A DNA stretch of 64,000 bases from an uncultured Acidimicrobiales bacterium (GCA_938041035.1 CALHYX010000029.1:130150-194149); one strand, 5' to 3'; shown: positions 9,663-19,721, numbered from the stretch's first letter. A program made the numbers and translations. Notes: generated from the sequence alone by a model not told the origin.

Positions 9663-12017
9663 TTAGCGGCGATGGTGGGCGGCCATGGCGATGACCGCCG
9701 CCTCGGCGCGTTCGAGGCTGAAGTGCTTGCGGACCGAGCGCTCACCAGCGTCGGCCAATGCGTTCCAACGGTCGTCGTCGCTGAGCAGAGCGACGACCTC
9801 GCGGGCGAACAGTTCGGGCGTGTCCCCGACGGCAACCGCCCCTTCGGCCTCGAGATCGGTACCCTCGACCGCCATCGTCGTCGCCACCACCGGTAGACCG
9901 TGGGCCAGCGAGCCGGTGACCTTGCCCTTCACCCCCGCCCCGTACCGCAGCGGCGCGATCGAGAGTCGGGCCGACGCGTACAGCGGTTCGAGGTCGGGCA
10001 CGAACCCGTGCACGATCACCCCATCGGATGCGAGCGCGCGAATCTCGTCGGGCATCTTGGAGCCGACCACGTGCAGGACCGTCGCGGGCAGCTTCTCGAC
10101 GATGAGGGGCAGAATGTCGCGCAGAAACCACCGCAGAGCGTCGGCGTTGGGCGGATGTTCGAAACCGCCCACGAACAACAGACCCGACCGTTCGGCCAGC
10201 GGCGCGGAGATAGCCGCCGGTTCATGCACGTTCGGCAGGACTTCGACCGGCGCGTCGGGACACAGCTCGGCCAGGAGCTCCTTCTCCGCCGAACTGCACA
10301 CCAGCGTGAGGTCGACCGATTCGATGGCCGCCAGCTCCTTGGTCCGGGTTTCCTCGTGATCGAAGCCGTAGGCCACCTCGCCGGTGAGTTCCAGCTCGCG
10401 CTGTTGGCGCAGAAAGTGCAGGTCGACGGTGTCGTAGATGATGGTGGCCTGCGGGCACAGCCGCTGCACCGCTCCGAGTTGAGCTTCGATGACCTCGAGC
10501 CGGCTGAGGATCACCAGGTCGAAGTCGGCACCACGAGACTCCAGAAAGGACTCGATCGACGACGCGTGCGGCCGGTGGATGACCTCGATGCCGACCCGCC
10601 GCAGCGCTGACGCGTACGGTTCGTCCTCGCGCAGGCTCTGCGGAGCAAGGGTCACCTGATAGTTCTGGCGGCGCAGGATGCCGAGGATGTTGCTCATCCG
10701 CACGGAACCGGAGTCCTGATCCGGGGTCGGCATGCGAGCGTCGATCACGAGCACCCGGCCGATGACACCGCGGTCCTTTTCCAGGTCGGGTCGGTCGCCG
10801 TGGGCTCGCCGACCGACAAACGCACCGGACCATTTGCGATAGAACGTACGCTCGCTGCGCCGCAGCGGGGCGTCAGCACCGATTGCGCCGCGCGTGGCGT
10901 AGGACCTTCCTTCGCGATGCACGACCACCGACTCCGGTTGGTACATCACCCGGAGACCCACCTCGGTCAGGCGCATGCACAGGTCGGTGTCCTCGTAGTA
11001 CGCCGGAGCAAACGCAACGTCGAAACCGCCGAGGGCCTGAAACGTGGTGCGGCGCACCAGCAACGACGCCCCGGACACGAAGTCGACCGGGCGGGCGTAG
11101 TTCACCTCGGGCGCATCGCTCGATCGTCCCCGGGCAAAGGCCTGGGCACCGCCGTTTCGCCAGATGATGCCGCCGGCCTCCTGCACCGAGCCGTCGGGAA
11201 GCACGAGTTTTGAACCGACGGCGCCGACATGGGTGAAGTCGGCGAACGTCTGCACCAGCGAATCGAGGGACCCGGCCATGATCTCGGTGTCGCTGTTGAG
11301 CAACCAGACGAACTCGCCGCGGGCGTGTTCGACCGCGCCGTTCACGTTGCGCAGAAAGCCGACGTTGGCCTCGTTGTCGACGATCCGCAGACCTTCGACC
11401 TCCCGGATCGGGGCGAACTCGGGCTCGGGCGTGGCGTCGTTGGCCACGATCACCTCCACGGCGACCTCGGGCGCATGCCGTTCGATCGAACGCAGGCAGG
11501 CGAGCGTGTCGTCGATCGCCCCGAAGACGGGCACGATGATGCTCACGAGCGGCGTCGCGGTCGTCGCGAGCACGATGGTGGGTGACTCGGGCGCCACGGT
11601 GGCCGACTCGATCATGGACGACCGGGCCACAAACTCGTCGATCACCCGTTGTCGGCGGCTGCGTTCCTCGGCGTCGACCGGCGGACGAGCGCCGGCCACT
11701 TCGCGCCGCAGGCGCATCATGCGCAGCCGGTGGGGGGCCGTGCGCACGGACCGAACCCGGCGCTGGGCGAACCGCTTGAATCGAAGCTGACGCCGCGTGA
11801 GTTCGTCGATCTGGTCGCGTTGGCGCCGGACCTGTTCGGCCAGGTCAGCCCGCTGAGCCTCGCCGACGGCGAGCAGATGGTCGCGTCGGGCCACCTCGGC
11901 CAGGAGATCCTCGCGGAGTTCGGCCAGCTGTCGGCGGGTGGGAGCATCCGCCGGATCACCCGGTTCGGCGCCCGATGCATCTGCTGGTTCGGCGCCTGAT
12001 TCGCGCTCGTGGCCCAT
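9663..12017 (-). CDS. multidomain glycosyltransferase: N-terminal coiled-coil, GT2 domain, GT4 (GT-B) domain
   Basis: The ATG at 12017 overlaps the upstream stop (TGATG). The N-terminal ~130 aa are Arg/Glu/Leu-rich heptad-like sequence. The GT2 block is VSIIVPVFGAIDDTLACLRSI...NSD. The GT-B block runs VLVIDARMPTPDQDSGS ... FVGGFEHPPNADA ... GAGVKGKVTGSLAHGLPVV. Confidence 0.85.
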   Translation of the reverse strand: MGHERESGAEPADASGAEPGDPADAPTRRQLAELREDLLAEVARRDHLLAVGEAQRADLAEQVRRQRDQIDELTRRQLRFKRFAQRRVRSVRTAPHRLRMMRLRREVAGARPPVDAEERSRRQRVIDEFVARSSMIESATVAPESPTIVLATTATPLVSIIVPVFGAIDDTLACLRSIERHAPEVAVEVIVANDATPEPEFAPIREVEGLRIVDNEANVGFLRNVNGAVEHARGEFVWLLNSDTEIMAGSLDSLVQTFADFTHVGAVGSKLVLPDGSVQEAGGIIWRNGGAQAFARGRSSDAPEVNYARPVDFVSGASLLVRRTTFQALGGFDVAFAPAYYEDTDLCMRLTEVGLRVMYQPESVVVHREGRSYATRGAIGADAPLRRSERTFYRKWSGAFVGRRAHGDRPDLEKDRGVIGRVLVIDARMPTPDQDSGSVRMSNILGILRRQNYQVTLAPQSLREDEPYASALRRVGIEVIHRPHASSIESFLESRGADFDLVILSRLEVIEAQLGAVQRLCPQATIIYDTVDLHFLRQQRELELTGEVAYGFDHEETRTKELAAIESVDLTLVCSSAEKELLAELCPDAPVEVLPNVHEPAAISAPLAERSGLLFVGGFEHPPNADALRWFLRDILPLIVEKLPATVLHVVGSKMPDEIRALASDGVIVHGFVPDLEPLYASARLSIAPLRYGAGVKGKVTGSLAHGLPVVATTMAVEGTDLEAEGAVAVGDTPELFAREVVALLSDDDRWNALADAGERSVRKHFSLERAEAAVIAMAAHHRR

Positions 12018-13255
12018 CAAACCAGTGGTACCACAGGGTGACCGGCAAGGGTATGGGTCACCAGGTCCGCCACCTTGGCCTCGGCCACCGCCCATTGGTG
12101 ATGTTCATCGAAGCGCCGTCGAGCGGCGGCGGCCAACGCGACACCCCGGGCCGGATCCTCGGCGAGGGAGATCACGTGGTCGGCAAACCCCGTCGGATCG
12201 TCGGCGATCAACAGGTGTTCGCCGGCGGTCGCGCCAAAGCCGTCGGCGGCGAAGGTCGAGGCCACGAGGGGAACCGCCCGCGCGAACGCCTCGACCACCT
12301 TGATAGAGGTGCCTCCACCGAACCGAAGCGGCGCCACCGCAACGTCGGCGGAGGCGTACACGTCGTCGAGCGACTCCAGCCGGCCGAGAAACTCGACGCC
12401 GGGGGCGTGTACCGACGCGGGGAGCTGATCGGCGCCGGCCCCGACCACGACCAGTCGGGCATCGGCGACCCGGCGGCGCACGGCGGGCAGGATCTCGGTC
12501 GCCAGACCGATCACGGCCTCCTGGTTCGGTTCGTAGCGCAGGGACCCCACGAAGACCATCGTGAACGGGCCACCGGGCTCGGGTACCCGAGGATCCACAT
12601 TCGGATAGCCGTTGGGGATCAACGTGGTCTGGCGGCCACGGGCGGCCAGATGGGCGACGTCACCCGGGTTCGATACGACGGTGGCGCGGGCGGCGCAGAT
12701 CCGCTCCTGCAGGGTGCGCCAGCGGCGCCGGTCGACCGCGTCGAGTAGTCGCGCGGGCACCTGCGTCGGCTCGGGCAGGGTGACATCGGCCCAGCGGACG
12801 TCGATAAAGCGATCGAACAGGTCGACGAAGTCCACGACCACCGGGACGTCGGCGCCGTCCGGTCCGGCCCCCCGCCCCAGCCGAGATCCACCGGCCGCTT
12901 CATAGGAACGGGCCCGACTGCACCAGATCAGGTCGACCCCGGCGTCCACCGCCCGGGCAACGCGGGCCGGCAGCGCTTCGGCCCGACGAAAACGCGCCGC
13001 CCGGGGTAATGGCGAAATCAGCCAGGTGGGCACATCGCGACCCGAACGCGCCGGGGTGACGGGCACCCGCTCGTAGCCACCGGCGATGAGCTCAGCCCCG
13101 ATGGCATCGATGGTGTCGTGGTTGTCAAACCACACGCCTCGCACCTCACCGACGCGTTCGAGGCCCGCGTGCACCGCGGCGACGCGTTGGGCGTACCCCA
13201 GATCGGCCCGCGGTTCCTGGTCGGTGATGATCAGCAGCCGCGGCCGCTCGGTCAC
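12017..13255 (-). CDS. glycosyltransferase family 4 (GT-B)
   Basis: The GTG start overlaps the upstream stop (GTGA, 13252-13255). The C-terminal block reads FGGGTSIKVVEAFARAVPLVAS, typical of GT1/GT4. Confidence 0.8.
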   Translation of the reverse strand: MTERPRLLIITDQEPRADLGYAQRVAAVHAGLERVGEVRGVWFDNHDTIDAIGAELIAGGYERVPVTPARSGRDVPTWLISPLPRAARFRRAEALPARVARAVDAGVDLIWCSRARSYEAAGGSRLGRGAGPDGADVPVVVDFVDLFDRFIDVRWADVTLPEPTQVPARLLDAVDRRRWRTLQERICAARATVVSNPGDVAHLAARGRQTTLIPNGYPNVDPRVPEPGGPFTMVFVGSLRYEPNQEAVIGLATEILPAVRRRVADARLVVVGAGADQLPASVHAPGVEFLGRLESLDDVYASADVAVAPLRFGGGTSIKVVEAFARAVPLVASTFAADGFGATAGEHLLIADDPTGFADHVISLAEDPARGVALAAAARRRFDEHHQWAVAEAKVADLVTHTLAGHPVVPLV

Positions 13256-14367
13256 GAGGGGTCGGCCACCGCCGCGATACGGCCGAACAGCCGCCGCAGG
13301 GTCACGTTGGCATCGAGGTGATCCAGGTAGTGCTGCCGAGCGGCCGCGCCGAAGCGCTGGTTGAGCTCATCGTCGGAGATCGCCCGCCGCAGGGATTCGA
13401 TCAACGCGTGCTCATCGTCGCGGTCGGCGAGCAACCCGGTCTCCTCGTGGATCACCAACTCGGGGATCCCGCCGATCCGGGTGGCGACGATCGGAACGCC
13501 AGCGGCGGCCGCCTCGATGAGGGCGAGAGGGGAAAGGTCGATGAAGGTCGGTAGGGCGACCACTCGGGTACGAGGCAGAATGTCGCGTCGCACCGACTCG
13601 TTCGGCACCTGTCCGTGCCAGACGACGTTCCTGGCCGATCGGGCGGCCGCCGGAGGTTCCGCCGCCGACACGATGTGCAGCTCGGCGAGGTCGGCGAGGT
13701 GATCCTGATGCCAGGCGAGTAGACGATCTCCTCCCTTGCGAGCGAACTCGTTGCCGACGAACGTGATCCAGGAAGCGTCGTCGCGACGCTGGTAGTCGTG
13801 GCCCGGAAGTACCGGGAAGGGATCCACGAAGACCTGCTCCGGAGCCACCCCGAACTCGCGGGTGACGCTGTCGGCGGCCCATTGACTCGTGCAGCTCACA
13901 AAGGTGGCCTCGCGAAAAACGTCGGGCTCGGCCTCGCGACGACGAAGGAGCCGTTCGGCCGCGGGGCGATTGTGCTTTCGATAGATTTCGCGCGAGGCCT
14001 GGGCCCAGGTGGCATCGGTGGTCACCGAGTAGGTCAGGTCGCGTTCAGCGAACAGCTCCGGCACGGCGGTGAGGTGCCCAAAGCAGTGCACATGGTCGAA
14101 GTGACCAAGACCATCGAGCTTTTCCTCGAGCATGATCCGACGCCGCCGAAACGAACGGTCGGCCCGCAGTACCACATCGCGGGTGAGTGGAGCGGTGCGA
14201 ATCGACCGTTGAATGGGAGCGGCGGACCGCTTCCCGGAGTCGACGTGCACTGCGTCGAACGGGGCCAGCTCGGGTGTCGCGGCGCGCAGCGCCGCCGACA
14301 TGGTCTTCCAACCAAGATTCTCTGTCCCGTAGAACAGAACCCGACCTTCGGCGCGCGATTTACTCAT
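13252..14367 (-). CDS. glycosyltransferase family 4 (GT-B)
   Basis: The start is ATG at 14367. The motif VALPTFIDLSPLALIEAAAAGVPIVATRIGGIPELV is an E-x7-E-type GT4 signature. Confidence 0.8.
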   Translation of the reverse strand: MSKSRAEGRVLFYGTENLGWKTMSAALRAATPELAPFDAVHVDSGKRSAAPIQRSIRTAPLTRDVVLRADRSFRRRRIMLEEKLDGLGHFDHVHCFGHLTAVPELFAERDLTYSVTTDATWAQASREIYRKHNRPAAERLLRRREAEPDVFREATFVSCTSQWAADSVTREFGVAPEQVFVDPFPVLPGHDYQRRDDASWITFVGNEFARKGGDRLLAWHQDHLADLAELHIVSAAEPPAAARSARNVVWHGQVPNESVRRDILPRTRVVALPTFIDLSPLALIEAAAAGVPIVATRIGGIPELVIHEETGLLADRDDEHALIESLRRAISDDELNQRFGAAARQHYLDHLDANVTLRRLFGRIAAVADPS

Positions 14368-14545
14368 GTTGCGGTAGTCATGTTGCGTTGTCGCAAGGTA
14401 CCGCTTCGGTTACGCCGCAGCGAAACCGCCGACGTTTCCATCACGCTCGTCTGCGTTGGTGCCCGCGAAGTCCGGATGCGAAGTGACGGACACCACAGCA
14501 GGCGATACTCTCGCGGGTTCGAGCGCCTATTTGCACCCGACCCCC

Positions 14546-16225
14546 ATGGCTCCGAAGGACCGTGCCCCGTTGTCTGCCAACACCCCGGTCATCAGCACGA
14601 ACCAAAGTGCTGGTGAATACCTCGAGATCTTCCGGAGAAGACGGCTGTTCATCGCGCTGACGTTGCTGGCGATTCTCGGGCTCGGTGCGCTCTACTCGGC
14701 GCTCCAGACCGAACGCTATCGATCGAGCTCGACGGTCCTGTTCCGCTCCGAGGACAGCGAGACACTGTTTCCCACTGCAGGCACCTTTGACGAAGGTCTT
14801 CGCCGCAACGCGAACGCCGAGGTCGCCTTCGCCCGCAGCGAGGCGTACCGCAACCAGGTCAGCGACTCACTGCCCGACGGCGCCGAGTACTCGTTGAACG
14901 CCGGCCTCGAGGCCAAAGAGCGCGACACCTTCGGCGAGTCCGTGTCGATCGTGTTCACCGCGACCTCGGAGGATTCCGAGACCGCCGCCAACGCCGCGAC
15001 CGCCGCCGCGTTGCAGTACATCACGATGCGCCACGACCAGGATGTGGCCGACTTCGAACGCGAGATCGAGCGTCTCGACTCCGAACTCAGCGTCGCCCGT
15101 CAACAGCTCGCCGACCTCCAGGCCCCGCTACAGGCTCTCGACCTCGAGATTCAGGCGGCGACCGACCCGACCGAACTCGCGGCCCTCCTCACCCAGCGCA
15201 GCGCCCTGAACGCGACCACCAACGGCCAGGTCACGCGATTCACCTCGCGAATCGATCGCCTCACCGAACAGCTGAACCAGTTGCTCGACGCCGAGAGCGT
15301 GGTCGACCAACTCGATTCGAGCGCGGTGCTGACCCAGACGGGCGAGGAGCCCGACCGGCCGTTCCAGCCGAACTGGATCCGAAACCTGGCTCTCGCGGCC
15401 GTCTTCGGGGCGTTCATGGCCTTCGCCGGCTCGGTTCTGCGCGACTCGCTCGACACCCGCATTCGGGGAGAAAGCGACCTCGACAAGGTCGGCGTCGACC
15501 GGCTGGGCCGGGTCCCCGCCGCTCGCCAGATCGACGACATGTACTTCGTGCAGGGCTCCTACAACCTGAAGGGAACCCGGGTCGCCGACTCCTTCAGATC
15601 GATTGTCACGACGCTGCAGTGGGTTCGATCCCAGCAGCGGATGAAGACCCTGCAGATCACCAGTGCCGAACCCGGCGACGGCAAGACCACCGTCGCGGTC
15701 CACGTGGCGATCTCGTTCGCCAACTTCGGCGAAAAGGTCATCGTGGTCGATGCCGATCTGCGCCGCCCCCGGGTGCGCGAGCTGTTGTCCCTCGCCGACC
15801 GGGAGTCGGGTCTCACCACCATCTTGCAGGGCACCGACGACATCGATGATGTGGTGGTGCAACATCCGTCCGGCATCAACGTGATCCCCGCGGGCCCCGC
15901 CGTCGACAAGCCGAGCGAGTTGCTCGGCGGCCCGGCGTTCTTCGAACTGATCAAGAATCTCGAGGACGAGTACAGCGTCGTGATGATCGACAGCCCACCA
16001 ATCCTTTCGGCCCCCGATGCCAAGGTCATCGCCCACACCGCCGATGGCGTCATCATGATCGCCCGGGCGAACCACACCACCCGCCGGGCGCTGAGCGAGG
16101 CGATTCGTCAGCTCCGGCACTCCAACGCGGTGATCCTCGGGTCGATTCTCAACCGCCACAAGCCCCGCAGCCACCACGAGGCCTACGAGAAGTACGACTA
16201 CTACGTGGACGCCAACCGCACCTAG
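14546..16225 (+). CDS. polysaccharide co-polymerase (Wzz-like) fused to BY-kinase (tyrosine autokinase)
   Basis: Two TM segments flank a coiled periplasmic-type region. Walker A is SAEPGDGKTTVA, Walker A' is VIVVDADLRRP, Walker B is VVMIDSPPIL. The tail is Tyr-rich (YEKYDYYV). The start is uncertain (14456 or 14546). Confidence 0.88.
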   Translation: MAPKDRAPLSANTPVISTNQSAGEYLEIFRRRRLFIALTLLAILGLGALYSALQTERYRSSSTVLFRSEDSETLFPTAGTFDEGLRRNANAEVAFARSEAYRNQVSDSLPDGAEYSLNAGLEAKERDTFGESVSIVFTATSEDSETAANAATAAALQYITMRHDQDVADFEREIERLDSELSVARQQLADLQAPLQALDLEIQAATDPTELAALLTQRSALNATTNGQVTRFTSRIDRLTEQLNQLLDAESVVDQLDSSAVLTQTGEEPDRPFQPNWIRNLALAAVFGAFMAFAGSVLRDSLDTRIRGESDLDKVGVDRLGRVPAARQIDDMYFVQGSYNLKGTRVADSFRSIVTTLQWVRSQQRMKTLQITSAEPGDGKTTVAVHVAISFANFGEKVIVVDADLRRPRVRELLSLADRESGLTTILQGTDDIDDVVVQHPSGINVIPAGPAVDKPSELLGGPAFFELIKNLEDEYSVVMIDSPPILSAPDAKVIAHTADGVIMIARANHTTRRALSEAIRQLRHSNAVILGSILNRHKPRSHHEAYEKYDYYVDANRT

Positions 16226-16246
16226 CCGTATTCACGACGGAGATGG

Positions 16247-17602
16247 CTAGCTCGGGTTGGTCCGGTTCCGGTTGGGCAGAAAACGGCGTACCACCCGGGC
16301 GATCTGATCCAGACCGGCGTCGATGTCAGCCTTGCGCCATCGCAACAGGTCGCCCAGCCCCAGCGTCGTCAGGCGAGCCACCATCGTCAGGGTCAACGCC
16401 GTGGCGACCGAGTAGGAGATGAGCGAGGCTATCGCCGCGCCGACCGCACCGTGGCGGGACGCCAGCGTGTACAACAACACGACGTTGACCACGACCGAGA
16501 CCGTGCGGACGATGGCGTAGGTGCCGGGTCGATCAGCCAGGTACAACCCGATGCCGCCGAGCGCGCTCATGGCCAGCGGCAGACCCGCCAGAATCAGGAT
16601 GAGGGCGGGCATGACCGAACCCTCGAAGTCGCGTCCGAAGGCGAGCGGCACCACGATCGGGGTCAACAGGGCCAGCGCGATACTCACCAGCGCGATGGCG
16701 ACGATCGAGCTGCGGAAAACCCGGGCGAAGCCGGCGTCGTCGATGTCGGCCGATCCTTCGGCCAGCAGTACGCCGCGCACGGAACGCTGGATGATGTCGG
16801 GAAGTTCGGCCACCGCGACGGCGACGACGTACAAACCGTTGGCCACATCGCCGGCGATCGAGAGCAGCAGAACCTGATCGAGTCGGCGGTCGGCCAGCGC
16901 GGTGGCGGCACCGAGGACGGCACGGGACCCGAAACCCACGAGCCGGCGGCGGAGCTCGCCGATGTCCACATCCGGGCCCCGCTCGCCCCTCATCACCGAC
17001 CGTATCGCCGCGGGCACGACCAGCAACATGCCGACGATGCTGATCAGGGCGACCCACCGCACATCGGCTACCCCGAACGCCAGCAGGGCGAGCACGCCGA
17101 TCAGCCGCACGATGAACGGCGAGGCCAACATCGACGCCGCCACCCGGTAGTCCCGGGTGACGATGAGCAGAGCTCGTAGCACTTCGGCGCCGGCGTAGAT
17201 CGGCAAGAAGAACGAGATCAGTCGGAACGCGTCGACGGTGGTGTCGTCGCCTCCGAAGAAGGTGGGCGCCAGAAACCAGGTGATGATCCCGAGGATGATG
17301 CCGGCGCCGATCGCGACCGGGGCGGCCGCTCGGAGTAGGATCCGGGGCGTGAGGTCTTCTCGCCACTCGAAGCTGCGAGTCGACGCTTCGGCGAGGCCGA
17401 TGGGCGCCAGCGAACGCAGCACGACGAAGAGCGACATCGCCGCTCCCAGCTTGCCTCGACCATCGGGCCCAAGGAGTCGGGCCAACAGCGGAGCCACGAT
17501 GAGCGCGGTGGCGGTAACCACCAGATTGGCGGTGGCGAAAAGCGCTACCCCGCTACCGGCCGACGGCCGCGCGTCATCCCCCGCTGGTCCTGGTTTTGGC
17601 AT
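16247..17602 (-). CDS. polysaccharide/oligosaccharide flippase (MOP/Wzx-like)
   Basis: About 12-14 TM helices. Length and topology fit Polysacc_synt-type flippases. The ATG at 17602 avoids overlap with the upstream gene. Confidence 0.8.
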   Translation of the reverse strand: MPKPGPAGDDARPSAGSGVALFATANLVVTATALIVAPLLARLLGPDGRGKLGAAMSLFVVLRSLAPIGLAEASTRSFEWREDLTPRILLRAAAPVAIGAGIILGIITWFLAPTFFGGDDTTVDAFRLISFFLPIYAGAEVLRALLIVTRDYRVAASMLASPFIVRLIGVLALLAFGVADVRWVALISIVGMLLVVPAAIRSVMRGERGPDVDIGELRRRLVGFGSRAVLGAATALADRRLDQVLLLSIAGDVANGLYVVAVAVAELPDIIQRSVRGVLLAEGSADIDDAGFARVFRSSIVAIALVSIALALLTPIVVPLAFGRDFEGSVMPALILILAGLPLAMSALGGIGLYLADRPGTYAIVRTVSVVVNVVLLYTLASRHGAVGAAIASLISYSVATALTLTMVARLTTLGLGDLLRWRKADIDAGLDQIARVVRRFLPNRNRTNPS

Positions 17603-17613
17603 GAGGGCTCGTC

Positions 17614-18600
17614 TCAGCAGGTGGAGATGACACGCCAATCATCGATCACCTGATCACGGTATTCCGCGATAGCCCCGAACGGCGAGGTCTGCGACGCGGC
17701 ATCGATGGCCGAAATCCAGCTCTCGAGCCGGTCACCGTCGACCTGGCCCACCCAGTCGTCTCCGAAGAGCGAGGCCACGAAGGCATGGCGCCGCCCGACG
17801 ACGGGAACCGACGATTCGGCCGCCCGCACCGCCACACCGCTCTGGTAGTAGCGCTCGTAGGGGATCAGTACGCACGAGGCCTCCTGGATCCGGCGGGTGA
17901 AGTCCGACTCGCTCAGGAACGCGTCGGAAACCTCCCAGCCGTTGATCGAGGGCCATCCCCGTCCGAGTATCTGCGGGCGGTACCCGTGGGCGGTGAGCGC
18001 CCGACCGAGTCGCTCCAACAGCGTGTGGTCACGAGTCGGCTTCCATTGGCCAACCACCAGAACCGACCCGTCCGGATCGGCGACACGCAGTCCCGGTTTG
18101 GCGATCGGGTGCCCGGCGAGGATCGGCCGGGGCCAGCCCAGTTTCACCATGTCGTCGGCGACCGCCGAGGTGTGCACCACCAGCTCGACATCGGAGCGCT
18201 GCAGGCTGTGCTGGGACATCCAGCGGAACAAGGAGCCGGCCCCGTACTGCTTGCGAAGCGGAAGGGGGTCGTGCACCACGATCCGAATGGCCCGCTCGCT
18301 CGGACGACCGGCCCAGACGAAGGGTTCCAGATCGTTAAACGATGGCCAGAGGCTCAAGATGTTGCCGGGAGCGGTGGCGCGAATCCGGCGGTTGGTTCGC
18401 ACGACGTCGACCGAGCGTCCGAACCGAGCGACGATTCCGGGCCGGTCCATCTCGACCCCTGGGTGCTCGATGACCACGGGCTCCGGCGCACCACCGGCGG
18501 CGATCACTTCGTGAAGTGATGCCGCGTAGTGCGCGAGCAGGTTGGGCAGCGGGTTGATGATCGACAGGCGGGGACGCCCCGTGCGCGGATCGGGGGACAA
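17614..18600 (-). CDS. hypothetical protein, possibly a divergent GT-B glycosyltransferase
   Basis: Soluble, 328 aa, with an apparent TTG start 5 nt after the upstream stop. The C-terminal stretch YQSGVAVRAAESSVPVVGRRHAF weakly resembles the GT4 donor-binding motif. It sits inside the glycosyltransferase operon. Confidence 0.5.
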   Translation of the reverse strand: MSPDPRTGRPRLSIINPLPNLLAHYAASLHEVIAAGGAPEPVVIEHPGVEMDRPGIVARFGRSVDVVRTNRRIRATAPGNILSLWPSFNDLEPFVWAGRPSERAIRIVVHDPLPLRKQYGAGSLFRWMSQHSLQRSDVELVVHTSAVADDMVKLGWPRPILAGHPIAKPGLRVADPDGSVLVVGQWKPTRDHTLLERLGRALTAHGYRPQILGRGWPSINGWEVSDAFLSESDFTRRIQEASCVLIPYERYYQSGVAVRAAESSVPVVGRRHAFVASLFGDDWVGQVDGDRLESWISAIDAASQTSPFGAIAEYRDQVIDDWRVISTC

Positions 18601-18605
18601 GGGCG

Positions 18606-19721
18606 TCAGCCTGCTTCCACCGTCTGCCGGAGCAGGTCTTCGTATCGGCTACAGATCCGATCGACCGAGAACTCGCCGAACGCCCGCTCCCGGGCCGCTT
18701 CGCGCAGCGCGGTATCGGCAGCGGCGTTGTCGAGATCGACGATGCTGTCGGCCACGGAACGTTCGGGGTCCCCGAAGTAGGTGCCGGTATCGCCGAGGCC
18801 CTCGCGGTTGAACGGTGTGTCGTAAGCGGCGATCCGAGCACCGACCCCCATGGCCTCGAGCAACGACGGGTTGATACCGCCGACCGAGTGCCCGTGGAAG
18901 TACATCGATGCGTTGCGTAACAACACGCCGAAGTCGTGACGGTCGTCGATGTGGCCGAGCAATCGGACGTTGGGATGCAGTCCGGCCAGTCGTTCGAGTT
19001 CGATCGACACCGGCGACCGGTAGTTGGCGGCGCCGAGCACCGCTATGGGGCGTTCCTCACCCGAGGCGAGGTAGGAGCGAACGATCGAGTCGATGTTGTT
19101 CTCGGGGACGAGGCGCCCACCGGTGATGAAATAGTCGCGTCGGGACAGCTCGTGATCGCTGAGGACCTGTTTCTCGGCTATCTCATCGACACTGTCGTCG
19201 AGCAGTTTCGGCGCGCAGTACGGGACCACTTCCGACGGTGCACCGAACTCGCGATCGTAGATGCGTTTCATTTCGTCACAATCGGTGACGAGCACGTCGG
19301 CCGTGTGCGGGGCCACCCGAGCACAGACCCGGAAGACCTTGCGCCCAACCGTGCCCCACTTGCCGCGCTTCCATTCCTGGCCGTCGACGTTGAGCACCGT
19401 CGCGGTGCGCCCACCGGCGAACAGCGCCATCGCCGGCGCGTTGGCGACGTTGAAGGCTAGGGCGACGTCGTAGTCCCCCCGCCGAGCAACGGCGGCGGCC
19501 GCAAAGCTGTGGGTGAGCGTGTCGAGTTGTTTGGTGGCGAGCGATGGCAGCGATTCGCGTCGAACGCCCTGATAGTCGGCTAACCGGCCCCTGCCCCCGC
19601 GGCAGTACAGCGTGACGTCATGGCCACGAGCGACCAGTTCGGGGAGCAGCACGCTGCAAAACGTCTCGTATCCCGAATAGGTGTCGGGAATCCCGCGGAT
19701 CCCGAATACAGCAATTTTCAC
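18606..19721 (-). CDS. glycosyltransferase, DUF1972-type N-terminus plus GT1 C-terminus
   Basis: The GTG start is preceded by GGGGGAA. MKIAVFGIRGIPDTYSGYETFCSVLLPELVARGHDVTLYC is the characteristic DUF1972 N-terminus. The C-terminal block is HGHSVGGINPSLLEAMGVG. Confidence 0.85.
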   Translation of the reverse strand: MKIAVFGIRGIPDTYSGYETFCSVLLPELVARGHDVTLYCRGGRGRLADYQGVRRESLPSLATKQLDTLTHSFAAAAVARRGDYDVALAFNVANAPAMALFAGGRTATVLNVDGQEWKRGKWGTVGRKVFRVCARVAPHTADVLVTDCDEMKRIYDREFGAPSEVVPYCAPKLLDDSVDEIAEKQVLSDHELSRRDYFITGGRLVPENNIDSIVRSYLASGEERPIAVLGAANYRSPVSIELERLAGLHPNVRLLGHIDDRHDFGVLLRNASMYFHGHSVGGINPSLLEAMGVGARIAAYDTPFNREGLGDTGTYFGDPERSVADSIVDLDNAAADTALREAARERAFGEFSVDRICSRYEDLLRQTVEAG

